The translations under genes and the position numbers were made by a program. DNA of 64,000 bases from Minisyncoccota bacterium (GTDB lineage: Bacteria > Patescibacteriota > Minisyncoccia > Phycocordibacterales > UBA6065). Within the stretch, counting starts at the first letter, position 1. The number at the start of each line of letters is the position of its first letter. Below are positions 29,781-38,850 of the stretch, in pieces. A model generated the notes under the pieces. The model searched no databases and had not been told where the DNA came from. It saw only the letters and a program-made list of their open reading frames with translations. The DNA lies in contig DASWWW010000003.1 in NCBI GenBank assembly GCA_036400935.1, positions 35,716 to 99,715 on the forward strand, written 5' to 3'.

Positions 29781-31115
29781 ATGACTATGTTTAATAAGAG
29801 GGCCCCTTGGATACTGCTTTTCGGAGATATTGCCGCCTTTATCGCATCCCTCTGGCTTGCTTTGCTCGTCCGCTACGCGGAGCTTCCGAGCGAGAGCTAT
29901 TTCTTTGCCCATCTGGCGCCGTTCTCGCTCCTCTTCGTCGTGTGGGCCCTTGTCTTCTTCATATCGGGACTCTATGAGAAGCAGCTCATCGTTCTCCGGT
30001 CGAAGCTTGTGGCGTCGCTTTTCCGCGGCCAGGTCGTGAACATGCTTATCGCGACCGCTTTCTTCTATTTCATCCCTTGGTACGGCATCAGCCCGAAGAC
30101 GACGCTCTTCCTCTATCTCCTTGTCTCGCTCATCGCGATCCTTCTCTGGAGGATCTACGGGTACTTCCTGATCGTGCCGCGCACCCGCGAGAAGGCCGTT
30201 CTTATCGGCAGCGGGGAGGAGGTCCATGACCTCTTTAGGCGGGTAAACCAGAGCGAGCACTACAGCGTCGAATTCGCTTTTCTCATCGACTTGGCTGAGC
30301 CGCTGAAAGGCGATATGGCCGAGACGATTAGGGCATCCGGGGCGTCGCTCGTCGTCGTCGACATGCAGAGCGACAAGGCACGAGAGACCCTCCCTGAGCT
30401 CTATAATCTCCTGTTCTCACAAATACGTTTCATTGATATGGATCGCGTGTACGAGGACATGTTCGACCGTATCCCGCTCTCCGTCGTAAAGCACACCTGG
30501 TTTTTGGAGAATGTCTCCGCCTCGCCGAAATTCGTCTATGACGCCCTCAAGCGCCTGATGGACATATCAATCGCCTTCGTGCTCGGCGCCGTGTCCCTGA
30601 TCGCCTACCCATTCGTAGCATTGGCCATCTGGATGGAGGACAAAGGCCCCGTATTCATCGTTCAGGAGCGAACGGGCAAGAATGACAAGCCTATTAGGAT
30701 CGTGAAATTCAGGAGCATGTCTAGAAACGAGGTGAATCTCGCCAAGGGAGGCGACAATCAGGTCACCCGCGTGGGCGGATTCATCCGAAAGACCCGCATC
30801 GACGAGCTGCCTCAGCTTTGGAACGTCGTTCGCGGCGACCTGTCGCTGATCGGCCCTCGCCCTGAACTGCCTTCGGGAGTGGCCTTGTACAAGAATGAGA
30901 TTCCGTACTACGGCATCAGGCACCTCATAAAGCCGGGACTGTCGGGATGGGCGCAGATATACCACGAGAACCATCCTCATCACGGCGAGGCGATCAAGGA
31001 GACCCGCGAGAAGCTCTCGTACGACCTTTACTACATCAAGAACCGATCGTTCCTCCTCGACCTCACTATCGCCCTAAAGACTGTTCGCGAACTGGTTTCA
31101 AGAAAGGGCCGCTAA
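29781..31115 (+). CDS. Polyprenyl-phosphate sugar phosphotransferase (bacterial sugar transferase, WbaP/CpsE-like).
   Basis: TM helices followed by a C-terminal catalytic domain (KGPVFIVQERTGKNDKPIRIVKFRSM...DELPQLWNVVRGDLSLIGPRP...YYIKNRSFLLDLTIALKT). Confidence 0.85.
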   Translation: MTMFNKRAPWILLFGDIAAFIASLWLALLVRYAELPSESYFFAHLAPFSLLFVVWALVFFISGLYEKQLIVLRSKLVASLFRGQVVNMLIATAFFYFIPWYGISPKTTLFLYLLVSLIAILLWRIYGYFLIVPRTREKAVLIGSGEEVHDLFRRVNQSEHYSVEFAFLIDLAEPLKGDMAETIRASGASLVVVDMQSDKARETLPELYNLLFSQIRFIDMDRVYEDMFDRIPLSVVKHTWFLENVSASPKFVYDALKRLMDISIAFVLGAVSLIAYPFVALAIWMEDKGPVFIVQERTGKNDKPIRIVKFRSMSRNEVNLAKGGDNQVTRVGGFIRKTRIDELPQLWNVVRGDLSLIGPRPELPSGVALYKNEIPYYGIRHLIKPGLSGWAQIYHENHPHHGEAIKETREKLSYDLYYIKNRSFLLDLTIALKTVRELVSRKGR

Positions 31116-31125
31116 CATATCGCTT

Positions 31126-32100
31126 ATGAAGAAAACATCAAAGAAGGCTCCAGCAAAGAAAGCGGAGAAGAAGACGGTGATCGTCACGGGTGGGGCAGGT
31201 TTCCTCGGCGCGTCTCTCGTGCCCGCTCTCGTCGACGCAGGCTATAGCGTTCATGTCGTGGACAGCCTGGTGTCAGGCAAGAAGGAGAGGGTGCCAAAGG
31301 AGGCAACTCTCCATGTCATCGATATCCGCGACGCTCACGCGGTCGAGGGATTGTTTGCGGGCATCGCCCTCAATTCGGCAATTCACTGCGTCTTTCATCT
31401 CGCGGCGCTTCCTCGCGTCCAGTTCTCGATCGACCATCCTCGAGAGTCGCATGATACGAACGTGAATGGCTTGCTCAACGTATTCGAGGCCGCCCGCAAG
31501 GCAAAGGCACGACGCATCGTCTACTCGGCGTCGAGCTCAGCCTACGGCGATCAGACGACCATGCCGCTCCAGGAGGACATGAAGCCGAATCCAAAGAGCC
31601 CCTACGCGGCGCAGAAGTTCTATGGCGAAGTGCTCGCGAAGCAGTACGCGCTGCACTATGGCGTTGAGACCGTCTGCCTGCGCTATTTCAATATATTCGG
31701 CCCAAGTTTTGATCCGAATGGCCCCTACGCTATGGCTATCGGAAAATTCCTCGTGGCGGCAAAGGAAGGCAGGCCTCTGACCGTAACGGGCGATGGCAGC
31801 CAGACCCGCGACAGCGTATACGCTACTGACGTGGCGCGCGCCAATATCCTTGCCATGGAATCCCCAAAGGTTGGCAAAGGCGAGACGATAAATATCGGAT
31901 CAGGCAAGAATCGATCGGTCCTCGAGATGGCAAAGCTCATTGCCGGCAGGAATGGAAAGATCGAGCATGTGGCGCCTCGCGTGGAGCCGCACGATACGAA
32001 GGCGGATATCTCTAAGGCCAAGGAGCTGCTCGGCTGGGAGCCCAAGGTGGAGTTCGAGAAGGGGATCGCGGAGCTGAAAAAGCTTAGTGGCATACGATAG
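31126..32100 (+). CDS. NAD-dependent epimerase/dehydratase (SDR family, nucleotide-sugar epimerase).
   Basis: Rossmann motif VTGGAGFLGASL, the catalytic YAAQK, and YSASSSAYGD. Confidence 0.85.
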   Translation: MKKTSKKAPAKKAEKKTVIVTGGAGFLGASLVPALVDAGYSVHVVDSLVSGKKERVPKEATLHVIDIRDAHAVEGLFAGIALNSAIHCVFHLAALPRVQFSIDHPRESHDTNVNGLLNVFEAARKAKARRIVYSASSSAYGDQTTMPLQEDMKPNPKSPYAAQKFYGEVLAKQYALHYGVETVCLRYFNIFGPSFDPNGPYAMAIGKFLVAAKEGRPLTVTGDGSQTRDSVYATDVARANILAMESPKVGKGETINIGSGKNRSVLEMAKLIAGRNGKIEHVAPRVEPHDTKADISKAKELLGWEPKVEFEKGIAELKKLSGIR

Positions 32101-32118
32101 GCCCGCTAAATCTTCATC

Positions 32119-32146
32119 AAAAAGCCGCCTTCGGAGCGGTTTTTCT
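32119..32146 (+). terminator. Rho-independent terminator after the epimerase gene.
   Basis: aaaagccgcc-ttcg-gagcggtttttc hairpin. Confidence 0.5.
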
Positions 32147-32153
32147 AGCACTA

Positions 32154-32182
32154 TTGACTTATGTATTTTATATGTGTATAAT
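32154..32182 (+). promoter_or_regulatory. Consensus sigma-70 promoter (TTGACT-17-TATAAT, with TGTG immediately upstream of the -10) driving the AT-richer ORF at 32270.
   Basis: ttgact tatgtattttatatgtg tataat. A 23-codon uORF (32202-32273) lies between the promoter and the ORF. Confidence 0.5.
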
Positions 32183-32269
32183 ATTAAAGGATGTTGGATA
32201 AATGAGAAAGACAGGCATGATTTGCGAAGTAATCTCTTCGGAGCTTGTCTGCTTTCAGTTTATCCAACT

Positions 32270-32797
32270 ATGAATACGATGGAAATGAATGGGGCCCTTT
32301 GGGGCTTAGTCCGAGGGATAGATATTCCCGCTTGCCTAAGCATTGTTATCAAGAATGCTCAGGAGATTCCGATTTCTGGTAATTGCAGCATTGATTTAAG
32401 TCATCGAGACGAGGGATCGTCTTCCTTTACCGGTCAGACAAATCTGGGCAATGCGGAAGTGCACGAAAATCGGGCGCGCGTCATTGAAAAAAGTTTTGGT
32501 TCGACCAAGGCGCGGGTCGGCCACTTCAAGATCCTCCGCAGAGAGAAAGACGGCATCGGGCTCATAAGCTTCGAGCATTACTGGGCTTCGGACAGCTCGA
32601 CCCAAGGCATGAAGGATGATCCGATTACTTACGATATTCGTTATGATCTCAAGACCCTCGAACCGATCAGCTTCGGTGTGTTTGAGGAAGTCGAGGCTTT
32701 CAGTATCTGGATCTTTCACTGGATAAAAGTCATGTTCCATCCCCTTCCGGAAGGGGAGCCTGTTTTCAGCCATAACAAGGTTGCAATCATCCACTGA
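32270..32797 (+). CDS. Hypothetical protein encoded in an AT-richer segment, a possible horizontally acquired gene.
   Basis: 175 aa. It has its own consensus promoter upstream and a hairpin plus T-run terminator downstream. GC is visibly lower than the neighbours. The tool's longer ORF from 32087 overlaps the epimerase gene and a terminator, so the start was moved to ATG 32270. Confidence 0.5.
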   Translation: MNTMEMNGALWGLVRGIDIPACLSIVIKNAQEIPISGNCSIDLSHRDEGSSSFTGQTNLGNAEVHENRARVIEKSFGSTKARVGHFKILRREKDGIGLISFEHYWASDSSTQGMKDDPITYDIRYDLKTLEPISFGVFEEVEAFSIWIFHWIKVMFHPLPEGEPVFSHNKVAIIH

Positions 32798-32815
32798 ACA
32801 GGGCTTTGTCCTACG

Positions 32816-32845
32816 AGTCACGCTTTTATGGCGTGACTTTTTCTT
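32816..32845 (+). terminator. Rho-independent terminator.
   Basis: agtcacgc-ttttatg-gcgtgactttttc hairpin. Confidence 0.6.
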
Positions 32846-32899
32846 TGCAAAATAGGCCTTTGCGCGCTAGTATTGCCGTACATTAATACAGTAATTCAT

Positions 32900-34237
32900 A
32901 TGTGGAAAAAAAGAATTTCAGCGCTTGTCCTGTTGGTGATCGCGTTCGGTATCGGCTATTTTACATACGATAAGGTCGGCGTAGAGACGCGCTTCCCATA
33001 CAGGCTCGGCCTCGACCTCTCGGGAGGTACGCACCTCGTATTCCGAGCGGATACTTCAAAGCTTTCGGCTGCGGACATTCCTGGCGCGATGACGTCACTT
33101 GCGGAGGTCGTCGAGCGACGCATCAATACCTTTGGCGTATCTGAGCCTATCGTCCAGGTAGAGACGGGCGGCAGCGTAGGCAGCACCGAGCACCGATTGA
33201 TCGTAGAGCTCCCGGGCGTTACCGATGTAAAGGAGGCCGTAGATCTCATCGGCAAGACTCCGACTCTCGATTTCCGTCTCTTGAAGCCGGGCGCTGAGAA
33301 TCTCACCGAAGAGCAGCAGAAGACCGCGACTGTCGACGACATCTTCGTCACTACCGGTCTCACGGGCCGATACCTCAAGACGGCTCGCCTCGAGTTTGAC
33401 CCGACGACATACGCTCCACACGTAGCTATCGAGTTCAACAGCGAGGGCAAGGACCTTTTCGCGAAGATTACCAAGGAGAACAAGGGCAAGATCCTCGCCA
33501 TCTTCCTCGACGGCAGCCCGATCTCGACCCCTGTCATCCAGTCCGAGATTACCAACGGCCAGGCCGTCATCAACGGTAGCTTCACCGTAGCCGAGGCAAA
33601 GACCCTCGTTAACGACCTCAAGACCGGCGCGCTTCCTGTGCCGATCTCTCTCGCTTCTACCCAGACCGTGGGCGCGACCCTCGGAAAGGGAGCTCTCGAC
33701 GCGAGCATGTTCGCCGGCCTCGTCGCGTTCATCGCCGTCGGCCTCTTCCTCATCATCTGGTACCGAGTGCCGGGCCTCATCGCTACTATCGCCATGGCCA
33801 TCTACGTTGCGCTCAACCTCGCGCTCTTCAAGCTTATCCCTGTAACTCTTACCTCAGCGGGCATTGCCGGCTTTATCCTTACCTTGGGAATGGCCGTGGA
33901 CGCCAACATCCTCATCTTCGAGCGAATGAAGGAGGAGCTCGCGAAGGGCAAGAACCTCGCCGACGCTATCAAGGAGGGTTTCCACCGCGCCTGGAACTCG
34001 ATCCGAGACTCGAACATGTCCTCGATCATCACCGCGCTCATCCTCTACTACTTCGCCTCGACTCCTGTCATCAAGGGCTTTGCGCTCGTGTTCGGCCTCG
34101 GCGTCGTCGTATCGATGTTCACCGCCATTACCGCTTCGCGAACGCTCCTTATGGCTGCGGGCGTAAAGGGGGAGGGCAAGGTATCCCGATTCTTCTTCGG
34201 TTCCGGCTTCATTTCATCTAAAAAGATAAACAGCTAA
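32900..34237 (+). CDS. secD: Protein-export membrane protein SecD.
   Basis: Large periplasmic domain containing ...PTLDFRLL..., then six C-terminal TM helices. secF follows immediately. Confidence 0.9.
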   Translation: MWKKRISALVLLVIAFGIGYFTYDKVGVETRFPYRLGLDLSGGTHLVFRADTSKLSAADIPGAMTSLAEVVERRINTFGVSEPIVQVETGGSVGSTEHRLIVELPGVTDVKEAVDLIGKTPTLDFRLLKPGAENLTEEQQKTATVDDIFVTTGLTGRYLKTARLEFDPTTYAPHVAIEFNSEGKDLFAKITKENKGKILAIFLDGSPISTPVIQSEITNGQAVINGSFTVAEAKTLVNDLKTGALPVPISLASTQTVGATLGKGALDASMFAGLVAFIAVGLFLIIWYRVPGLIATIAMAIYVALNLALFKLIPVTLTSAGIAGFILTLGMAVDANILIFERMKEELAKGKNLADAIKEGFHRAWNSIRDSNMSSIITALILYYFASTPVIKGFALVFGLGVVVSMFTAITASRTLLMAAGVKGEGKVSRFFFGSGFISSKKINS

Positions 34238-34241
34238 ACAT

Positions 34242-35165
34242 ATGTTCATCGTCACACACCGAAAATTCTTCTACGCTTTCTCAACGATCCTCCTCGTCGC
34301 GTCTGTCGTCGCGGTCTCCGTCTGGGGGCTCAAGCCGGGCATCGACTTCAAGGGGGGCTCTATCATCGAGGTCGAGTACGCTTCGTCTACTCGCCCTACT
34401 GCGGAGGCGGTAAAGCCGGCTCTCAATGCCCTTAATCTCGGCGAGTATTCGGTTCGCGAGACTGGTGCTGCCGGTTTCATCATCCGAACCAAGGAGCTCA
34501 CTCCTGTCGAGCATAACGGCGTGCTTGCGGCTCTCTCTGGCAAGTCGGCAGCGACTATCTCCGAGAAGCGCTTCGATTCTGTCGGGCCTATCCTCGGAAA
34601 GGAGGCTCTCGAGAAGTCCTTCTACTCGATTGCTCTCGTTCTCATAGCCATCGTCCTCTTCATTACCTTCGCGTTCCGCGGAGTGTCGCGGCCCGTCGCG
34701 TCGTGGAAGTACGGCGTGATCGCTATCGTCGCCCTCATCCATAACATCGCCGTTCCAGTGGGGGCTTTCGCCGTCCTCGGCCGCTATGCCGGCTTCGAAG
34801 TCGACACCCTCTTCGTTACCGCACTTCTCGTCATCCTCGGCTTCTCGGTCCACGACACGATCGTGGTATTCGACCGAGTGCGCGAGAACCTCAGGGGAGG
34901 CATCGACGGCAAGCAGAGGACTTTCGACGCTGTCGTGGGCATGTCGATAAATCAGACGTTCGTCCGATCGATCAACACGTCCCTTACGACCCTGATCGCA
35001 ATCTTCGCTCTCTACCTTGTCGGCGCTGAGTCTACGAAAAACTTCTCATTGGCTCTCCTTATCGGAATCCTCATGGGTACGTACTCTTCGATTTTCCTCG
35101 GCTCGCCGCTTCTCGTGACTGTATTCAAGATGCAGGAGAAGAAGGCTGCAAAGGCGGACAAGTAG
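34242..35165 (+). CDS. secF: Protein-export membrane protein SecF.
   Basis: 307 aa with SecF topology and conserved C-terminal TM block. Confidence 0.9.
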   Translation: MFIVTHRKFFYAFSTILLVASVVAVSVWGLKPGIDFKGGSIIEVEYASSTRPTAEAVKPALNALNLGEYSVRETGAAGFIIRTKELTPVEHNGVLAALSGKSAATISEKRFDSVGPILGKEALEKSFYSIALVLIAIVLFITFAFRGVSRPVASWKYGVIAIVALIHNIAVPVGAFAVLGRYAGFEVDTLFVTALLVILGFSVHDTIVVFDRVRENLRGGIDGKQRTFDAVVGMSINQTFVRSINTSLTTLIAIFALYLVGAESTKNFSLALLIGILMGTYSSIFLGSPLLVTVFKMQEKKAAKADK

Positions 35166-35187
35166 CAAAATCCCGTCTCGTACGTCT

Positions 35188-35219
35188 AAATAGGAGGCCG
35201 CGCAAGCGGCCTCCTATTT
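35188..35219 (+). terminator. Rho-independent terminator.
   Basis: aaataggaggccgc-gcaa-gcggcctcctattt hairpin. Confidence 0.65.
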
Positions 35220-35225
35220 GCTTAC

Positions 35226-37157
35226 ATGAATAAGAAAACGTATCGATATTCGGCCCTATTCCTGGTCGCGGTCCTCGGGATCGCCGCGCTCGCAGCCTGG
35301 CAGCTATTTCCAAGGCAATCGGCGACCCCTGAGGTCGCGACGTCCGAGGGGCATATGGGCCATGCCGGCCATCGCATGGAGACGGAACAGGAGATCGAGA
35401 AGCGGGAGCCTGTCATTGCCGTCCTGCCTCCGGCAAAGACTTTGTATAAGGCATTGAGCCCTGCGGCCTATTCGAGCTATCCTCTGCGCGCCGTAGGCGT
35501 CCATGGCGGCGACGATTGGATTCCCGACCTTTCCGCGGTGGCGACCAAGGAAGTCTCGTCGAGCGGGGCTTGGTCAAAAATATTTCCATATGGAGCGCTT
35601 GCCCCGGCGGATATCGTGAAGATACCGAAAGGGGTGATGGTGATTTACGATATCTCAACCACTACGCCGCTTGCCGCGATACACGTCGCGGGAACGCTGG
35701 CTTTTTCGACTACGACCCCTACCAAGATGTCGGTAGGCACTATCTTCGTGGACGGGGGAACGCTCGCGATCGACGCTTCGAGGACAACGGCCGACATATT
35801 GTTCAAAGGGTCGGTCTCGAAAGAGAAGGATCCCTTGCAGATAACTCTCGGCTTCGTAGCGGGAGGCGGCACGGTCAGCATACAGGGCAGGGTATTGTCC
35901 CAGCCGTTCGCTTATGCGGAAGGGAATGCGGGCGAAAGGACGCTGCGCCTCGACAGGGCGGTGGATTGGCGGGCAGGAGACGAGGTCTATGTCTCTTCGG
36001 GCAATGATGCGAGCGTCGATTCGACGTTCTGGGCGTACAATCATCGCGACTGGAGCTTGCGCAGGCCTTTCCCTGAGACAGGCGAGAGGGCGAAGGTCGT
36101 TTCCGTTCGGGGAGCGGCGGTGACTCTGGATAAGGCGCTTTCATACGATCACGCGCAGAGCGTGGCGGCTGACGTCACGCGATCGGTAACGTTCCGCTCC
36201 GATCCGGCGAATGCGGGCGGCGCCCGCGGGCATGTCATGCTTGCCGGTATGACCGATGCGACGGTGCAATACGCGCGCTTTTATGACTTGGGCAGGACGA
36301 CGATCGCGGCTACGGACGACACTCTCGTGCCGAACGGCGTCGTCACGCATACCGGCACGAATCAGCGAGGGCGCTACGCCTTGCATGCGCATCACCTGAT
36401 GAGGTCGTTCCTATTCGAGGGGAATGTCGTGTACGGATCCGAGATCGCACGAAAAGTCAGATCGGGCACGGAGCGCGCCGTCTCTGGCTCGCCGAAATGG
36501 GGCATCGTCAATCACGACAGCAACGGCATCATTCGCAGGAATGTCGTCATCGGCGCGGCCGGTTCCGGCATCGTGGGCGAGGATGGTACCGAAACGGGCG
36601 TCGTCGAGAATAACTTGGTCATCGGCACGGGCGGGGGATCGGGCGACAACGACGACGAGCGCTTTGGCGTGACAAAGAGCCTCGATATGGCCCATGGCGG
36701 CTTCGGGTACTGGTTCCGCGGGCCGTTCCTCGAGGTTCGCAACAACATAGCCGCCGGACATTTCAATCAGGCAGCCTATACATACTTTGTCCATCCGGGA
36801 TTCTTGCGCGAATTCATCAGGGATGATCCTGGCGTTCCGGCCGATCTGCGCGGCAAGAGGCAGAAGGATCTGGTGAGCGTGAATACCATCCGTCAATTCT
36901 CCGGAAATACCGCTGCGGGCTATTTTGGCAATGCTGGTTTTGTCATGTTTTATTCGCAGGTCGTGCAGCCGATCGATTCCTTTACCATGCGGGCGTTCGG
37001 TTCCGGTCCGGTAGACGGGGTGCTGTCGAGGATCATGAAGGGGATGAGGGTCTCGAATTCTGATTTGCGGGGAACGGGCGGCGGCGATGCCCTGGTCGCT
37101 TCGGAAAGCGGCCCGGTGGAGGCGGTGAATACAGTGATAGACCATTTCGCTCAATAA
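35226..37157 (+). CDS. Secreted right-handed parallel beta-helix repeat protein (G8/PbH1-like) with a His-rich N-terminal segment.
   Basis: Signal peptide, then SEGHMGHAGHRME, then Gly/Asn/Asp-rich repeats typical of beta-helix proteins (NNLVIGTGGGSGDND..., NNIAAGHFNQAAY). The antisense ORFs are rejected. Confidence 0.65.
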   Translation: MNKKTYRYSALFLVAVLGIAALAAWQLFPRQSATPEVATSEGHMGHAGHRMETEQEIEKREPVIAVLPPAKTLYKALSPAAYSSYPLRAVGVHGGDDWIPDLSAVATKEVSSSGAWSKIFPYGALAPADIVKIPKGVMVIYDISTTTPLAAIHVAGTLAFSTTTPTKMSVGTIFVDGGTLAIDASRTTADILFKGSVSKEKDPLQITLGFVAGGGTVSIQGRVLSQPFAYAEGNAGERTLRLDRAVDWRAGDEVYVSSGNDASVDSTFWAYNHRDWSLRRPFPETGERAKVVSVRGAAVTLDKALSYDHAQSVAADVTRSVTFRSDPANAGGARGHVMLAGMTDATVQYARFYDLGRTTIAATDDTLVPNGVVTHTGTNQRGRYALHAHHLMRSFLFEGNVVYGSEIARKVRSGTERAVSGSPKWGIVNHDSNGIIRRNVVIGAAGSGIVGEDGTETGVVENNLVIGTGGGSGDNDDERFGVTKSLDMAHGGFGYWFRGPFLEVRNNIAAGHFNQAAYTYFVHPGFLREFIRDDPGVPADLRGKRQKDLVSVNTIRQFSGNTAAGYFGNAGFVMFYSQVVQPIDSFTMRAFGSGPVDGVLSRIMKGMRVSNSDLRGTGGGDALVASESGPVEAVNTVIDHFAQ

Positions 37158-37175
37158 GTGTAGAGTGTTTGCAAT

Positions 37176-37257
37176 GAACACGTGGCGGAACTGGTATACG
37201 CGTACGTCTCAGAAGCGTATGGAGCAATCCTTGAGGGTTCAAGTCCCTCCGTGTTCA
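37176..37257 (+). tRNA. tRNA-Leu (anticodon CAG), type II with a long variable arm.
   Basis: Acceptor GAACACG/CGTGTTC. D-arm GCGGAACTGGTATACGC is nearly identical to E. coli tRNA-Leu. Anticodon loop CT-CAG-AA. Variable arm TGGAGCAATCCTT. T-arm GAGGG-TTCAAGT-CCCTC. Discriminator A. CCA is not encoded. Confidence 0.85.
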
Positions 37258-37325
37258 CACTTTCTCCAGCCGATTGCTTTTTAGTCCAATAAGAGTAGAT
37301 TTCAGGTAAGCATACAGCTTGCCTT

Positions 37326-38822
37326 ATGAAGAAAACCCTCTATATAGCCGTCTTATCGGCGCTTATCTACCCGGCTTTTGCCCAGGCGGCGTGGCAAGAC
37401 CCATTCATCTGGATCATCTCCGGCCGCTTTAACGCGCCTGCGACCGCGGCTATTAAAACAACCATCGAGGAGGCTGAGGCGACTTCGACTGCCCCCGCAT
37501 ACGTCGCGCCTTCTACCGAGGATCTCCTAAAGAGGATCGCGGAGCTTGAGGACAAGCTCGACAAGGCTCTCGCCAAGAATGCGGAGCTCGTGCAGGCAAA
37601 GCAGGTTGCCTCGGCAGCCGCTCCTGCCGCAAAAGCGGAGTCAAACGGATCGGGCATAACATCATCCGATCTTATCGCGAAGGTTCGGCCGGCTATTGTC
37701 GCTATCGACACGGCGACGAGCTCTGGCAGCGGCGTCATCATCGACTCTCAGGGACGTATCCTTGTCTCGGCTCGTACGGTGCTCAATTACGATTCGTCCG
37801 GAGCGGCTATCGGCGCTGCCGAGAACATGTCGGTAACGTTCTCGAATGGCACGAGCAAACAGGCGAAGCTCGTCGGCTTCAATGAATCGCACAATGTCGC
37901 TATCGTGCAGCTCGCAAGCGGCAGCGCATCGTCGTATTTGAAAAATGCGGACGTGTCGGCGCTCAAGGCTGGGGACAAGGCGTACGTATTTGCCTCGGCC
38001 CAGTCAAAGACGAATTCCGGCGGTACCGATATCGTTTCAGGAACCGTATCGAGCAAGGTAGGCGGATCGGTCGAGATGACTTCGGACAAGAAGCCTCTGG
38101 ACAATGCCGGCGCGCTCGTGAACGGCAAGGGCGAGCTCGTAGCGCTTCCTCGCACGACGTCCTGCAAGATTATGGAAGAGTCGCATACCTGCCTTACCTA
38201 CAAGATCGGCGCGGATATCGTATCGTCATTCCTCGCAAAGCCTCTCGAGGGCATGCGCCTCTACAAGAACAAGAAGGTCCGCACCGATGAGGAATTCCTC
38301 GTCCGCGGACAGCTCGAGGGCACGCTCCGCGCGATCAGCTCGAGCGGAACTTTGGAGTACGGCATAGCGAGCCTCTCAGGCAAGAACTCGTTCGACAATT
38401 TCAATAACAAGCTCGTCGACGACGAGGAGGGCAAGATAACCAGGCTTTATTTGGCAAAGCTCAAGATCGGCGCGGACAGCCTCATGAAGGCGAACGACGT
38501 GCTCAAGGCGCAGGCGCACGCATTGAACATCTTCTTTATCGACTATGCTGCGCAGATCCTCACCCTCGGCGACTACCAGCGAAAGATCCTCAAGGCGATG
38601 GAGGTGGAGAATGCCCTCAAGTTCAAGGAGTACGAGGCGAAAGTGAATTACTGGTCCGCAAAGAGGAACGAGTACGATTCGCTTATCACGAAGCCGCAGA
38701 ATGCTACCCATGATTTCCTGATGGAAGAGGGCGCGGCCATGGAGTCCGGCGTGAAATACCTCGAGAAGGAGCGGAAGAGGGTGCTTGATTCGGTCTCGAG
38801 CGAGATAATCGGGCTTTTCTAA
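37326..38822 (+). CDS. Secreted HtrA/DegP-like trypsin-fold protein with all three catalytic residues substituted (a likely pseudoprotease), plus an N-terminal coiled coil and a C-terminal helical domain.
   Basis: Signal peptide MKKTLYIAVLSALIYPAFAQA. SGSGVIIDSQGRILVSARTV aligns with GSGVII...NNHVV (H to R). HNVAIVQL aligns with DIALIQL (D to N). DNAGALVNGKGELVAL aligns with GNSGGALVN (S to A). Confidence 0.6.
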   Translation: MKKTLYIAVLSALIYPAFAQAAWQDPFIWIISGRFNAPATAAIKTTIEEAEATSTAPAYVAPSTEDLLKRIAELEDKLDKALAKNAELVQAKQVASAAAPAAKAESNGSGITSSDLIAKVRPAIVAIDTATSSGSGVIIDSQGRILVSARTVLNYDSSGAAIGAAENMSVTFSNGTSKQAKLVGFNESHNVAIVQLASGSASSYLKNADVSALKAGDKAYVFASAQSKTNSGGTDIVSGTVSSKVGGSVEMTSDKKPLDNAGALVNGKGELVALPRTTSCKIMEESHTCLTYKIGADIVSSFLAKPLEGMRLYKNKKVRTDEEFLVRGQLEGTLRAISSSGTLEYGIASLSGKNSFDNFNNKLVDDEEGKITRLYLAKLKIGADSLMKANDVLKAQAHALNIFFIDYAAQILTLGDYQRKILKAMEVENALKFKEYEAKVNYWSAKRNEYDSLITKPQNATHDFLMEEGAAMESGVKYLEKERKRVLDSVSSEIIGLF

Positions 38823-38850
38823 ATTCGGCGTGAGGCGCTATTATTAGCCC

